DNA from: the human T2T-CHM13v2.0 reference genome, Homo sapiens
Assembly: GCF_009914755.1 (NCBI RefSeq)
Contig: NC_060931.1
Direction: 5' to 3' (one strand)
DNA: 64,000 nt
Shown here: one piece after another, positions 32,732 to 47,907 of the stretch
Numbering within the stretch: the first letter of the stretch is position 1
How the letters are laid out: every line of letters starts with the position of its first letter
The notes under the pieces: generated by a model
The model's database searches: none
Seen by the model: only the letters and a program-made list of their open reading frames with translations
Told to the model about the DNA's origin: nothing
Made by a program: the position numbers and the translations under genes

Positions 32732-35700
32732 GTAGGACATCTTCCTGTTGCTTCTTCTGTGAGGAGGGGTGACAAAATAAGGCTCCCTTGGTCTGCCATG
32801 TCAGAGATCAGTCTGTTGTTTTTTCCACTGCTCAGCCTTGCACATCCATAATCCATTCTTGTGTCTGCCCACATCTTATTTCCCTGAGCGCTGCTTCATT
32901 GGCCAGCCACCCCCAAATTGCTCCCCTCCACTGGTGGCCTGGGATGTGTGGTGGACACCAGGCCAGCCCAGCCAGACTCCTGATGCAGAGAGCTTACATC
33001 TTTGCATTCTTCCTCCTTGGTGTATTAGCCTGAGTTGCCTGTCTCCAGCTGGATTTAGAAGCTTGACTAACCCTGTCAGGGGCCAATTTTCTTTGAACAT
33101 TTATTTGTATCTTTGAGTAATTGTATTTTCTGTAGCGGGTTTTCTGACTTAATTTAATTGTATTTCTGTTTCTGCCTGTTGGGCTGGCTCTTGCATGCAG
33201 GAGTTAGGATCTCAGCTGCTGTGGTGCCCTTCTACCTGCTAATTTTGCTCAAGCCTTCATCAACAGATCCATCTTCTTTCCAGGAGTATGCCAGCCATTT
33301 GTCCTGCTAGGTGGGCACAAGAAAGGAGCAGCAGGGAGGTGTGCTTGGCTCAGCCTTAGGATTTTTGAATCTGCCATTGTCCCCATTTCTTTTACAGTCA
33401 TCTATAGGGTCCCTCCAGCTTTCATAATACTCACAGAGGTACAAGATTATAGGGTCCTAGAGGCTGTCTCTCTAATGAGTCTTCGTAGATCTTTGAGAGC
33501 AGATGCGTGGACTTCTTTAGGATGCTCAGTGATAAAAATACCTGTTTGTAAGCTTCAGCCTCTCAAGCTGATTTGAATTGCTAAGAAATACATGAGGCGT
33601 GAGAGAACAAGAGAACACGCCACTCCGAGATGCTTATGTTGGACTATCCTGGCCTTGAGAGAAGTGTTGGTTGCCACCTCTTTGATTCTTTACTGCTTGC
33701 CTTCTTATTTTGTAGAAGAAAGTGGAGTGGCCTAACAAATCCTGAATTCTCAGTTCCATTTCCCAAACATCAGCTACAACAATCTGGGTATCACATCTGC
33801 TTTGTTGGCTATCTGTACAATGATTGGGGGATTGGGGGGCTTAATTGTATCATCAGATTCACATTGCCCTCCATTTTATTTTTTGTGAAGATGCATGCAA
33901 AGTAAAAATCCTTATATTGACATGGAAGGTGCTTCCCCCTCTCCCGTTTTGTAGTTACACAATGCTGCCTGAATTTTTATCAATTAAAAATAACCCCGTG
34001 CAAGAGAAGTATTTCAAAAATCCAAACACTCCAGTTGTCTATAAGTGCCTGTTGCAGTTTTTGAAGTGGGCCAGGGATTAAGTGGATGGGGCAGATATTG
34101 TAGAATTTCCCTCTAATTTTGGATAATGAACTGCAAAGTAACTATGTTGGTAAAAGCAGGTGAGTCTGTTCAAATTCATAACTTAAAGACATTGTGAAGG
34201 ATGCAGCAACAGACTTTTGTTTGTTGTGCTTTGGATGGAGGAAGGAAATCCCTTCATTAGATTGCCCAAGACATCGGTTGATGGCATTCTCATCATTTAC
34301 TGTCTAAGTCAAATTTCTCACCATCATTGTCTTCCTACTGTTTCACATCTCCTAAAGTTTCTTTCCCATTCTTTTTCAACTGTCTTTTTCCCAACCACCT
34401 TTCTTCCTGATCATGTTTCTGGCCCACTGATGAGATCCAAAAGTACAAGGGGATCAAAGAGAATACTGATCACTAAAAGGAGTGAGTGGCCCAAAACTCT
34501 TTTACTCTCCCATGGTTATTGCGACCTTACCTTTGTCTTATATTTGCTAATACCTGACTGTTGAAAAAGATTAAAATTTTCCCCAGTTTTCTTTGGGGAA
34601 ACTCTTTGGTGCTCTTGGTATGTAATTGAGTTTGCAGATTCTTAGTCTAACCCAGAGTTGATCTTTCTTGATTATAGTGGCCCCATCTTTCATATCCCTA
34701 GGTTGAGGATCTCAATAAGAACCTTTCTGCATTTTCTTAGCTACTTATATGATTACTTGGGTTGGCTGTTTTGAAAGTTCTTTACACTGAGAAAATGTGA
34801 GTATGTCCTAAACTATGAATAATTCAAAAATCTGACTAAAAGATCCAGTAATACCCTACTGTCCTGAACATTTCCTTTATATTATATATGAAAACTGTTT
34901 TCTGAACAGTGTAGGAATGGAGAGGTTTGTGTTTTGTTACAGGCTTATTCATTTACTTTTACCTATGTAGTACCTCCATTTTTATTTCATAAGTTGTCTT
35001 GGGGAATGCTTCTCTTTGTCCTACTCCCCCAACCCCACAAAGATCTAGCAGAAGAGGAAAGTCCCAGTACATTGGTACTCCTGGATGCAGAGGTCCTTCC
35101 CGCCCTCAGCAGAAGTCCTGAGCAATGCATGGATGCCTGAATGTGGGCCCACGACCTCCCACCTCATGCAGCTCTTACCTTCCAGGCAGCCTCTATCTTG
35201 CCCACAGTGCACGACAGTGCAGGAACTCTCCTGGAGCTGAGCCACCGCTGGGATGGCCGCAGTTGAACTGGTTTTTTGTGCCTTTTACCTGTTCCCTTGA
35301 TCATGAGTTTTAGCTCAGATAACCAGGTATTTTGAAGACGTGATTGTCCTTGGCCCTGCCCCATCCCTTCCCTTTAAAGTTTTAAATTTTTTTCATGTCT
35401 TTTCTTTGGCCAGAATTTCTCTATCCCCTGCATGCCTTCCTCGGTTACCATAAATCTGCATTATCCTAGGAAAGATGAAGCCCACAGATTGTACGATTTC
35501 AGAGTACTTCCTGGGCCCCTGTGTGATCCGACAGAGGCCTGGTCATCAAGTTGGACTTCCCTATGTGAAACCATAAACTAACCTGAGGAAGATACTGAGG
35601 GGAGAGGGGCTGTGTAACGGTGACTGCCTCTAGGCCAGCCTTCTGCCAGGCAGAGAACAGGAAGCTGGCATGCAGGGTGTCTGGCACTGGTAAAATGACA

Positions 35701-36223
35701 CCATGTTTGTAAGTGCATTGTCCTGGCTTTTGGTGGGCCGTGCAGGAGTTCCTGCCTGAATTATAGTCTTTCCATCTCATATCTTCATGTGGAGCCCTCA
35801 AGCTTTAGACAAGTCTTTTATCTCCGTTTTCAGGTGGCTCCCATTATCTTGAGACCTCATAATGCTGCTTTCCTTAAATTTGTTTTACACTGACGCTAGT
35901 CAGCACAGAGCTACTCACATTTCTGGCCACCACTCGGCTCCATTATCTTGACTTCTCTCCTGCCCTCTTACGTTGCATTTCTTCTTTTACACCACTGTTT
36001 TACATGTTGCTCCTCCTTAGCCATTGGTTCCTGTTGGCTTTTGTTCTTTTACCTGAGTTGGAAATCTGGGAAGACAATTCCAACTCAGTGGTCTGGGCAT
36101 TCTGGTGGTGCTGCCAACCCCAGGGCAGGAAGAACAGTGAGTGAGATACTGTGCCATTACCTGCTTCTCCAGCCTTGAAGCCCAAAGCAGCCAAATAACT
36201 CTCAAATGACGATCACTTTTACT

Positions 36224-36224
<1 letters not shown>

Positions 36225-36265
<41 letters not shown>
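36225..36265 (+). repeat. Pure A41 tract with no attached SINE/LINE body
   Basis: Read directly. Confidence 0.95.
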
Positions 36266-36266
<1 letters not shown>

Positions 36267-36313
36267 AGTAAATTCAGTCTTTCTTTCTAGCCTGACTCCG
36301 CTGGTATTTAGGA

Positions 36314-36848
<535 letters not shown>

Positions 36849-38689
36849 CTGCATATGGTATGCTGAATTGGGTTTAAATGGCTTGTAATAGCCCTGAAAA
36901 TTTAAGTTGGCTCTCCTGTCCCCTGCCGTTGAGGCTGGACTGCATGAGATTATTGTATCTGTTGGCTGTAGCTGTGACTATGAGCTGAGTGCCATGTCCC
37001 ATTGGATAGCATGTACTTGGTGACCCCTGACCCACATACAGCTGACTCTTTAAGGCAGTTCCCTGCCACACAGTCAAGGACAGGAAGATCTGGTGTGATT
37101 TCCCAGATGGGGAGTTGTGCCTATTACTAGCATCCCCCAGAAGTAGTGAGAGATAGCATTAGCTAATGGGTAAATAACTGGCTTAAAAGTGTAAACTCCT
37201 AGGTTTTCACACTCCAGTTTTTATGTGGTCCTGGATATGTGATTCTTTTCTGCCTTGGCATTCCTGTCTAAAACACTGATCTAGCAATCCCAAGCCACCC
37301 TTTCCTTTTTGCGGCCCTTGTTCTGAATAAAACAGTGATTTCATGTCTCTTCTCACTTTCTTCCAGAAGGCAGCTAGCCAGCACATACTCACTGACCAGT
37401 TGCTGCCTGCACAGCAGTGTTTTCACTGCTGTGTTGGAGAAACCCGAAGTCTTAAAGGGCCATAAGGTATTATTTAAAGAGATCAGTGTCATAGTTTAAC
37501 TGTCTTCACAGTTCCAGGCTGTAGGAGGTACAGTTTCTGAGGACAGGGGCAATGTATGTGGGTTTGGTGATCATTTCTAAGGCCTTTTTCGATGACCCCT
37601 TTGTCCTTTCTGACACATTAGAATTGCTCTTTGCTGCTGCCTGAAAAATGATGTCCTCATGCTGGACAGCCCCAGCTGAAAACTCAGGCTGCTGCCTTGA
37701 CCTATTTCCCTTCTCCCTGCTGGCATTAAAAGGGAGGATGCCCCCGGGGAGCTCATTCTGCAGGCTGCAGTGGCCAGGGCAGAGTCCTGGGTTTCCTCTC
37801 TCTCCCTTACTCCCTGCTTTAAAAAAAAAAAAAAGGTACAGAAAAACATTATAAGCAACTGTTGCCATTGGGGAAAAAAAAGTATTTACGTTTCAGGGGA
37901 ATGTGGCCTCAGCCATGAATATTGGTGTGTATTTATGAAGGGGTGTATGTCTGGGAAATAAAACTTAGAATACAAGAAAAAGTGATTTCATTTCTTTCAT
38001 CGTAGCTCCAAGTGTGCTGTATCGTGTCTGAAATAGATAAACTGCTCTAAGCAGTTTCAAGTTTATCTCAATCTCTGTCCTTCTTGTGCCCTCGGTCCTT
38101 TCCCTACATCACCCCACAAGCGCTGTGGTGTATGCTCTCTTAGCCCTTCCCATTCCATCTCTCTGCGCAGGCTCCTTCCCTGTTGAGGAGACCCACAAGA
38201 GAGGGAACACTAGCAAAGTTATATCTCTGGATCAAAGGAATGAGGACAGTTCAAGCCACAGGAAATTCCAAGAAAGTAATGGACGCCCAGTGAGGGTGAA
38301 TCCAGTGCAACCTACTCTCCTGACTCTCCCTGACGGCCATGTCGCTTGGGAACCCTCTCCGAGCCACAAATAATTACCTGCTGGAAAAGCAAGCAGGCTG
38401 TCCGGCAATGTTTCATTTATTTTCACAAAGCCCCCTTATTCTAGATTATCTCAGCCACTGCCCAGGAAAAAGGGAACATGTTATGGTCAGCTTTCTAAAT
38501 AGCTCTCTCATCCCACAAGCTTTTAAAGGCTGTTTGGGGGCTAAGGCCTTTATCACCTCCCCACACATGCTTGACAGTTCATCACCCACCAGTGGTCTTT
38601 AATTTCAAGCAGTTTATTCTTAGTTAAGGGCCATATTCTTTGAAGAAGTCTCAGGTAAGAAAAACTCCTGTCTTAATAGCGATCAAACC

Positions 38690-38900
38690 TTAATTTTATA
38701 TAGCATTTTCTCATTTTAAAAGTGTTTTCATGCATAATGTTTCATTTTAATCTCACAGCAAACCTATAAGAAAAATATTAACCCTGTCTTACAGTTCAGG
38801 ACACCAAAATGCACAGTAACTTGCCTCTGTTCACAGAGCTAATGGTAAGACATATACTAAAACTCAAATATCTGCATTCCAAATCAAATGCTTTTTCTCC
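38690..38900 (-). mobile_element. MIR remnant
   Basis: aatctcacagcaaacctataag...agtaacttgcctctgttcacagagctaatgg. Confidence 0.6.
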
Positions 38901-39179
38901 TCAAATCATGCCAGTTTTGCTTTTAGAAGGCAATAATTCTTTTAGCCATATTTTACCATTTTTCAACCATAGAATATCTGGAACTAGTTAAAGGAATAGT
39001 AGAGGACTTCCCTGAAGGTCCCACATTGACTAAGAGTCAGTCTTCTATAGGGCATGGATTCTGATCCTGAATGCTTCCAAGACTGCAGAGGAATTTGAAG
39101 AATTTGCTATGCCCATGCCTCCCCTAAATATTTACTCTGCTCTTCCCACAGCTCCTGTGTCTGTTGTCTGATTCCTGCT

Positions 39180-41778
39180 TCATCTGCTGTTTGATTTTTG
39201 TGGGCCTTACTTTTCCCATTTGCTCATGTATGTCTATATTCCTATATCTAATGTTTCTTAAAAGACAAATCTGACTGTGTAGGTGCATTTGTTTAAAAAA
39301 TATAACTCCCCATTGCCTCTGGGATAAAGTCTTATCTCAGTTTACATATATTCTTGATAACCTCTCCAACTTTATGTCTCACCACCCCCACTCACTTCGT
39401 AATTCGTGCCTTATCAGAATGGACCTGTTATACTGGCAGTTCACCATATATACCATTACATTTTGTTTCTCCCATCTCTCAGGTAGACTTACACTTTCGG
39501 CCCAGCACATCAGTCATCGCCCTTGCTTGCTTTCCTATTCACTCCTGTTCTGGAAGGTGCACCACCTTTTCTTGGAAGGCTTCCCTTGCTCTCCCAGGCT
39601 AGATGAGATGTCCTTCCATCAGTTCCCACAGCACCCTGTGCATGTATCTGTTGTGCACTTACCAATAGTATACAAGGGATCTATGACCCAAGTCTCTCCC
39701 CACTAGCTTGTAAGCTCCTCACAGACAGGAACCATGTTTTGTCTTTGTACTCCAGTGCCTAGTATATAAGAGATACTCAATAAATAAATATTTGTCAAAT
39801 CAACTAATTGATTCCTTGTGACCTAATTCTAGAGAATGGGAAGAAGGCCTGTTATTTTGTTGTCCTTTATGGTTCTTTAGGAAAGCTCTCCAAGCTTGGC
39901 ATTTGTCAGGGTGGGAGGAAAACTGTTGAAGTATTAAGACTGGACACATGGCTGCTAATTCATCAGCTTATCATTGAAAAAGTCCATAGCCAAAACCTGA
40001 CTGTGCACTTACTATAGGACCCTGACCTGCCTGGGTCTCCCTGTCTCTCCAGCCAGTATATTTAAAGGTAATGAGATAATGATGAGTGTTTTGAAAAATG
40101 TTTAGTGTTCAAATAGAAACCATTCGTGTCCCTTCACTCTCTGAACATAGTCTGCAAATCTCTCCCTCTCTGGTATGTTTCTGTTTTGTGGATTAGACTG
40201 CTAAATAAGCGAAGAGTTAATTTTGAAGTTCAGGTCAACAAATTCCTGTTTGGAGACGGGCTGTTCCTGAATACCAGGTTGTTATCTGTCTATTACAGCC
40301 CCTTCACTTCTGGGCTCCTGGCCCTTTGCGAAGTACTTCAGAAAGCCTAGAGAGAAGAGAGGGCCCTCAAATCCCATTCCAGCCCCTAAATGAAAGTGGC
40401 ATCACAAGGAGAAAAGTGGAGGTAGAAATGTACCATGGGGGACGTTGCCCCATTGCCTTTCTTCCCCTGACTACTGGGCTTCCTCTATCAGCTTTTAACG
40501 CCTGGAAGTAGCTGAGTCTCCAGTCACTGGTGGCCTTCCCCAAGTGAGCTCAGCAGCATGTGCTAATAGGTGCCAATACTGTGCTGGCTCCAGTGGGATT
40601 CCTCTCTGCAAAGCTGCTGGCTTAGCTTGACTGTTTCCCTATTCCTCTCCTTAGAACTTTCATAGCCAGTCAAGCATAGAATTGCATCCATTCTTCTGAA
40701 ATAGGTACTGTGCCTAATTTTTCATTGGCTTGGCCAAGATTCTGTTACCTGTAATTATGTCATATGGGCTGACTGGTGTAGGTTTGGTAGGCCTCACTGC
40801 TCTCCAGAGGCTAGTGTTCCTATCCCAGGATGGCTGTTGGGATTAGGAGTGGAATGAGGAATAGTTTAGGACCACAAGAGATTTGGCCTCCTTGGAACAT
40901 GTAGGAAGGCCTCAAGGATGTAATTCTAGCCCAGGGAAGAAAATCCTTTTCAGCAGACGCTTCCCTTCCCTTCCCCTAGGGAATGTGTCCCTACTATAGT
41001 AAACTCTTCCTTAAGAGAGTTTTATGTTTTCTCTGTCAGATCAATTTGTTTTTCTTAATGTTGTTCCTATCAAAAAAAAAAAAAAGGAAGAAATACAGTC
41101 CTCAGACCTGACAGTTTCATTTTTCCCCCCAAGTAGAAGCAATAGAAACCTTAGCAGTTCCAAGACTCCTGGCACTCACTTTTCCTCTCCATCTTTAGGT
41201 CTAACCCAGCTCAGCCCAGAGTAAAGACATAAAAGCCTCACATGTGATTTCCTCTTGCATTTTTTCTGCTAGAAGGGTCCACAGTACTTACTTTATGCCT
41301 CATCTCAATTGAAGCTGGATGATGAGGATAGTGGGCAGTGATTGCAATTGGGGAATGCATGTACTGGATCACATAAGGTCATGAAAGTCCTTGAAACAGA
41401 GCCTTGCCAAGCAGAACCCTTGCCACTCATGGTATTCGATACAGTCTACCCATCTGACATGAAATGATATTCTTAATGAGCCATTCCTATGGAAGATAGC
41501 TATTGCCAGGCACATTCAGTCTCCTGGTCTCCCTCTCATAGCTATGTAGGGCCTATGACCTAGAATAAATGGAAAAATGTTATCAGGAGGAAGAGACTGC
41601 TGGACTCCCCTGAGAGGTAGGGTTTGTGCTAGGAGAGCTGGGTGCCATTTATTTCATTTTGATATATCAGGTGCTCCTAGTAACAATTCCTAGTTTCTCT
41701 TACCTCTGTAATCATCCTGAATAGTCACTGCTTCTTGAGCTTTGGTGAGTGTTCTCTAAAAAAAAAAAAAAAAAAAAA
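39180..41778 (+). ncRNA. SND1-IT1: Approximate extent of SND1-IT1 (NAG8/C7orf54), an unspliced intronic transcript
   Basis: It lies about 6.5 kb after the SND1 exon and contains the 110-aa ORF 39374-39706 (MSHHPHSLRNSCLIRMDLLYW...), which I recall as its annotated uncharacterised peptide. Boundaries are approximate, with the 3' end placed at the genomic A21 run. Confidence 0.6.
39255..39805 (+). mobile_element. L2 3' remnant (hosts the SND1-IT1 ORF)
   Basis: caaatctga...ctccccattgcctctgggataaagtc and the terminus tgtaagctcctc...aggaaccatgt...ccagtgcctag...actcaataaata. Confidence 0.7.
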
Positions 41779-41928
41779 GGTGGAAGCTAATATTTTTAAT
41801 AACAAAGGGCTGAAGAAAAGCAGCTCAGAATTTTTATTTTTCAGGTGAAATACCTATTGTGAAATCTGTTAACTTCCTTCTGGAAGCCTAATTTGGTAGT
41901 ATCTACAGACAAGCAGATAATTTCTTGA

Positions 41929-42347
<419 letters not shown>

Positions 42348-43330
42348 AAGTGAACTTTAATGTGGTATGTTTGGAGTGTCTTCAGGCTTCAGGCCTCCCT
42401 GTTCCGTTTGTCCTAAACATTGCAAGCCATGCCCATTGTCTGAATATCCCCTATGGAATTACATAATTCAACTCATATCTTTTTAGAACACAGCTCTTAA
42501 TGTATAATAGCAAGGCTGCCTGAGCCACCAGCAGAGCACAAGCAGACTGTAGATGGCATTTTTTCTCCAGGTAATACTAACGTTGTGGTGTTTCACATGT
42601 GACTCGCCCAAGGACAGAGGGGCAACTGTTCTGGTGGATGAGCTGACCTTTACCCTGCCCTGTTCTTGCCATTAGCATGCCCACTCCCTGTGTCTGTTGC
42701 CAAGGACTTGAAGAGAACCTCCGTGTTCCAAACCTGGCTTTATTGATGAACTTTCCACTTGCTACTCCACCCGTGACGGTTTCTGGTCAGCTGCACTTAA
42801 ATGGATTTTGAAAATGAAAGTGACCAATGGTCTGTTATGAAATGCTGCGGTGCATGAAATAAGATTATGAGCAAGCTTGAGAATTAAGAACAGAGATACC
42901 CTAACCTGGTCAAAACAACATGTTTCACATAGTGAGAAAGGAATAGCTCATTCTTAGTCTCTTCTTTAGGACATTTAAGGGCATCTTTTCCTTCTTAATG
43001 AAACTCTGTTAGCATGTGAAAAGTCAAACCTAGGTTCTCATTCCACTTTCACCATTTGCTGTCTGACCATGCACACATCCCTTAGCCTCTCTAAACCGAG
43101 GGCAATCTCAGTGCCTATTAGAATTTAATATGAACGCTATCCCTAGCATTGTGCAATGCAGCCATCCTGCTAAACCTAATTGCCTCACCTATGTAAGGAG
43201 GGTACCTTCTCACTAGGGTTACTGTGAAAATTAAGTGTATGTGTAAACTGTTCCTCACAACCCAAGATATTAAACACTCAGTGAATGGTAGCTTACAGCA
43301 TCATTTTTATTATTAATAGAAATTCTCTCA

Positions 43331-43630
<300 letters not shown>

Positions 43631-44620
43631 AGAAATTCTCTCAGGGCTTAACTGAAATTTAGGACTTGAACTTCAGTATGTACAAAACCAGAGTAGAGTT
43701 CTAGGCTGGATCTAGGTATGTGTGTTGTGAGCAGCATTCAGATTAGAATCAACAAAGAACAACCCTCCCAGTGCTCTTCACTCCCCCAGCCTGTCTAAGC
43801 CAGTGATGGCACATATGCATATGCTACCCCTATTCGGGTTGTCCACCCATGGCAGACATTGCCAGTCAGTCACCGCGCTGCTTTGGCTGAGGGCTCAGAT
43901 CCTTCTCAAAACAGGGATCCTCGCTACTACTACCAGTTGAGAGGATTTGGCACTTAACGGAAACCTATTTTCCATCCTTGGTCTAAGTTTGCAAAGGATT
44001 ATTTATTTAAGTACCCTCAGGACATCAGCCAGTCTTTTATTCTGTGAAGTAAAATAACATAAGGTCTCTTTGTCTCTGATTCCTCATGGTCCCACACATT
44101 AGGCAGTATTACATTCAGTGGAAAACCAAAGGTCTGGAGATAATGCCAGCAAGTCCTAACCTATGCAAGATGCCTTTTCTAGACTTGGCTATGGACTGAT
44201 AAGGTGATCACCAAGGGAGGGGTGACACCAGGACTCCACACATACCTCATGGATGTCTAAGGAATAATGGTTTGACCATCTTTGCAGTGTTCTCCACTTG
44301 CCATAGGGGTATTTGGAGACTAATCTGCCAACAGTGAGGGCTCTCTGCTTTTTCTGTTGATGCAGGTCCTCTGTGACATTGTCACAGCAACTTGAAAATG
44401 AGGGATACGGGTATGAACTAACTAGATCCTGGCTGGTACAGGCTTCCTTATCCTCTGACAGAATAGCAGTGCTCCTTTGTGTCTCCATACTTTCCTACCA
44501 TGACCACAACAATCCAGGATTGCCATAGATTTGTCCTTGACCTGCATTAAGTTGAAGAGTTGGAAGATAGATAGCACAGTGCCAGCAGAAGCACTAAAGA
44601 AAGAACTAGGTGGTAACACA

Positions 44621-44985
<365 letters not shown>

Positions 44986-47907
44986 TCACTGTAGCAAGAA
45001 CAGGTACCTCTTGAACCGAGAATGAAAGAAGGAACTGGAAACTGCTTCACTGTGCTGTTTTCCTTTTCAGCTTAACATATGCCTTCCTCTTCTCCCCTTT
45101 CCCTTCTCTTGATGCAGTCGAATTCTTTTTAATGGTTACCAGAAAAGGATTTGGCATTGGGTGTACAGCTAGAGGTGGAAGATCATGCAAATAAGACCAA
45201 CAGGTCCCTCCATTCCCCACCAGCAGCCTGCATGTGCCATTTCACTTCACACATCTCTATAATGCTTGCGGTGCTGGGGTGCCGTTACCTCTCCAGTTAA
45301 ATAAATCTCAAACCACCGACCCAGGGTTTTCATAGCAGTGCTGCAGCCATATATGAGGAAATGCAACAAACAGTCCATTAGCACTGATTGGATATGGATT
45401 TTTGGCCTGGCCACCTGCCACTTGGTAATTTTAGAATAGGGTCACTTTTGGAATTGAAGATGCCTTGTGGGAGGGGACTGGTGTTTGCTAAATAGCTGTA
45501 TCTTACCATCATGCCCTTTCACAGCCAAGCTCCCTACCTCTGGAGTGAGGGGCTGGTCTCGTGGCCTGCCTGGCAGAGAGGGCTAGAGCTCCTTCTTCAT
45601 CAGCTTCCAGGGCTGCAGACGTGGCCATTTCCAAACACCCAGGGTGCACTTAACCACTTCCTCCTCCTAATCTCAGCATTTCCACTCTAACACATCAGCA
45701 GCTTTGTAACTTACTTTCTTTTTTTTTTTTTTTTGCCCTATGTTTTGGCCCTTGATGTATTTGTGGGAGGAAGATGGGTAGACTGGCTAACTGTGATATC
45801 AACTGATTTCTGAATGATACAGTTATACCCTGAGTCAGTTTCTGGAGATTAAGCAAGGGTGCCAGGAGCGTTGTGAAGGGCTCTCATTGTTTTTACATGT
45901 CAGTGACTGCCTGCCTTGGTTTTGCCAGCTGCAAAATGGAAGAACTAAGCCCTCTTTTGCCTAGAGAATGCTAAAAGGTGAATACTCAGGTGTGGTGGGG
46001 AGGTTTCTAAGGACACCCAGACCCCAGATGATGCACTAAGAGTGCTGTGTGACCTGAAGAGGGACCTCTGGTCAGAACATTTTTTTCTGTCACCAGCAAC
46101 TGAATAATTATGCCCAGTTGGTAGAATAGGAGAACTGTTGGCCTGGGACCCTGAGATCTGACCATGATGTTCCCCATTGGACTAAACTTTGGCCAATATT
46201 TCCTTTTCTCTATGCCATGAAATCTTTTGCATTGCCTTTTTCTGGACATGAGTAGAGTACTGACTTTGGCTTCTGATAAGCAGCATATCCTAAAGAGAAT
46301 CTGTCCCAGAGGACTTAGGGGTTCCTTCAGTCTTTGCCGCTCTGGTTGCACTATTCCTGAGCTAAAGATGAAAACAGACATCAGATGTTCATCTTTGTGT
46401 TATGGGTTGTTATCCCCAGCCATCATAACCGTGTGTCTTATTTCCTGGTTGTCTGCATAAGGCCGTATTTACATAGAGTTTGCAATCTTGCCTGTGTGGT
46501 CAGTATCCGTTTCACCCTAGGTTTACAGCCAGACCTCTAACATTTGGACCCAGGCCTCTGATATTCATGCCATGTCTTTTGCCCAGAGTGTTTAAAAGGA
46601 CAGGCCTGTGCCCTAGCTGCCGTAATCTTTGTTATTTTCAAGTACGAAGCAAGATAGCTTTGCCTTATTTGCTGTCTGTCTATATTTTCTGGGCATGTCA
46701 GCCAGGGAGTGAGGTTAGTAAGGTATAGCTAGAGATTGCCCTTGAAGCTTTTGATTCTTGCTTTCCTGTCCAGAATTATAGTCAGTTGTTGAGATAGCCT
46801 ATCCCAACACCACTAACGTGTGACAACTTCAAAAATTCATGAGGCCTTGGGATTCACAGCACCTCTCAATAATCTAGCCTTGTATCAAGCGAAGTAGCCC
46901 TGTTGGAGCATTGCCAGCATGTGAGGTGCAGAGGGGCCCTCCGTAGCCAGCCCTTCAGCCCTTCCAGGTGTGAGAAAGGGCTCTTCATGCCACACTCACA
47001 TGTGCACCCACGCATGCCTAACACCCAGTGACTGGAAGACTGCCTCCAGGGAAATACATGCAGGCTTACACCGCCCAGACAGTCTTTCATCTGTCCTTCC
47101 TCTTTCATTCTTTCACCCGCCCCCTTGTGTTTCTGTAATTTGTACAGTATCGTTGAAAGGTGTTGAAGAGATCAATAGCAATTCACCTTTTCCCTTATTG
47201 ATTCAAGTGATGGCAAGAAAAAATGGCAGGCAGTACCAATTCATTTGTCATGAGCTATCCATTTCCTACCAAGCCACCAGTGACCTCTCCCAATGCCTGT
47301 TAGGTTGCTGATTTACAGTTGGGATTACTTCTTTTTCCAACCTGCTTTGATAGGAATGAGAGAACCACTGTGTTTGACTCCTGTAATCAAAGCTGGGTGA
47401 AGAAGGAGACTGCAGGTACTGAACAGGAAAACTGCTGTGGAGCCTGGTCTCCAACTCCGAGGCTTGCTTTATTTGAGGAGCTCCCCACCTGTGCTGGGCT
47501 CTCTAGCAGAGGCAATACGGCATCAGCTGATGGAGCTGCAGTCTCCCCCAGCACTTCTCAAGTCCCCACCCCCAGCCCCCGACCTTTTTCTAAAGGACAC
47601 AGCCTTCCTTTGTTATCTTTTTCCACAGAATGTAAAATGAGTGTGCTGAGTGAAAAGTCCATGACCCCTGTGAACTGGCTCTGCTTTTGCCAAAGGTGCA
47701 AAGGTTTGTCATTCCCTTCATGAGCCTTCAAGTAGTAACTTCAGCTGACCCTGGGGGAATGTGAGGTGCCCAGGGTCTGGCCTTAGCAGGGCTGTGGGTG
47801 AAGGAAGTGTTCTTGTTCTTAGAGGGTTCTGTATCCACCAGGAATGTAGAGTGGAGACAGTTCTTCTCAGCTTCTTTTTCTGCCCTAGAGAAACAAGCAT
47901 GGGAAGG

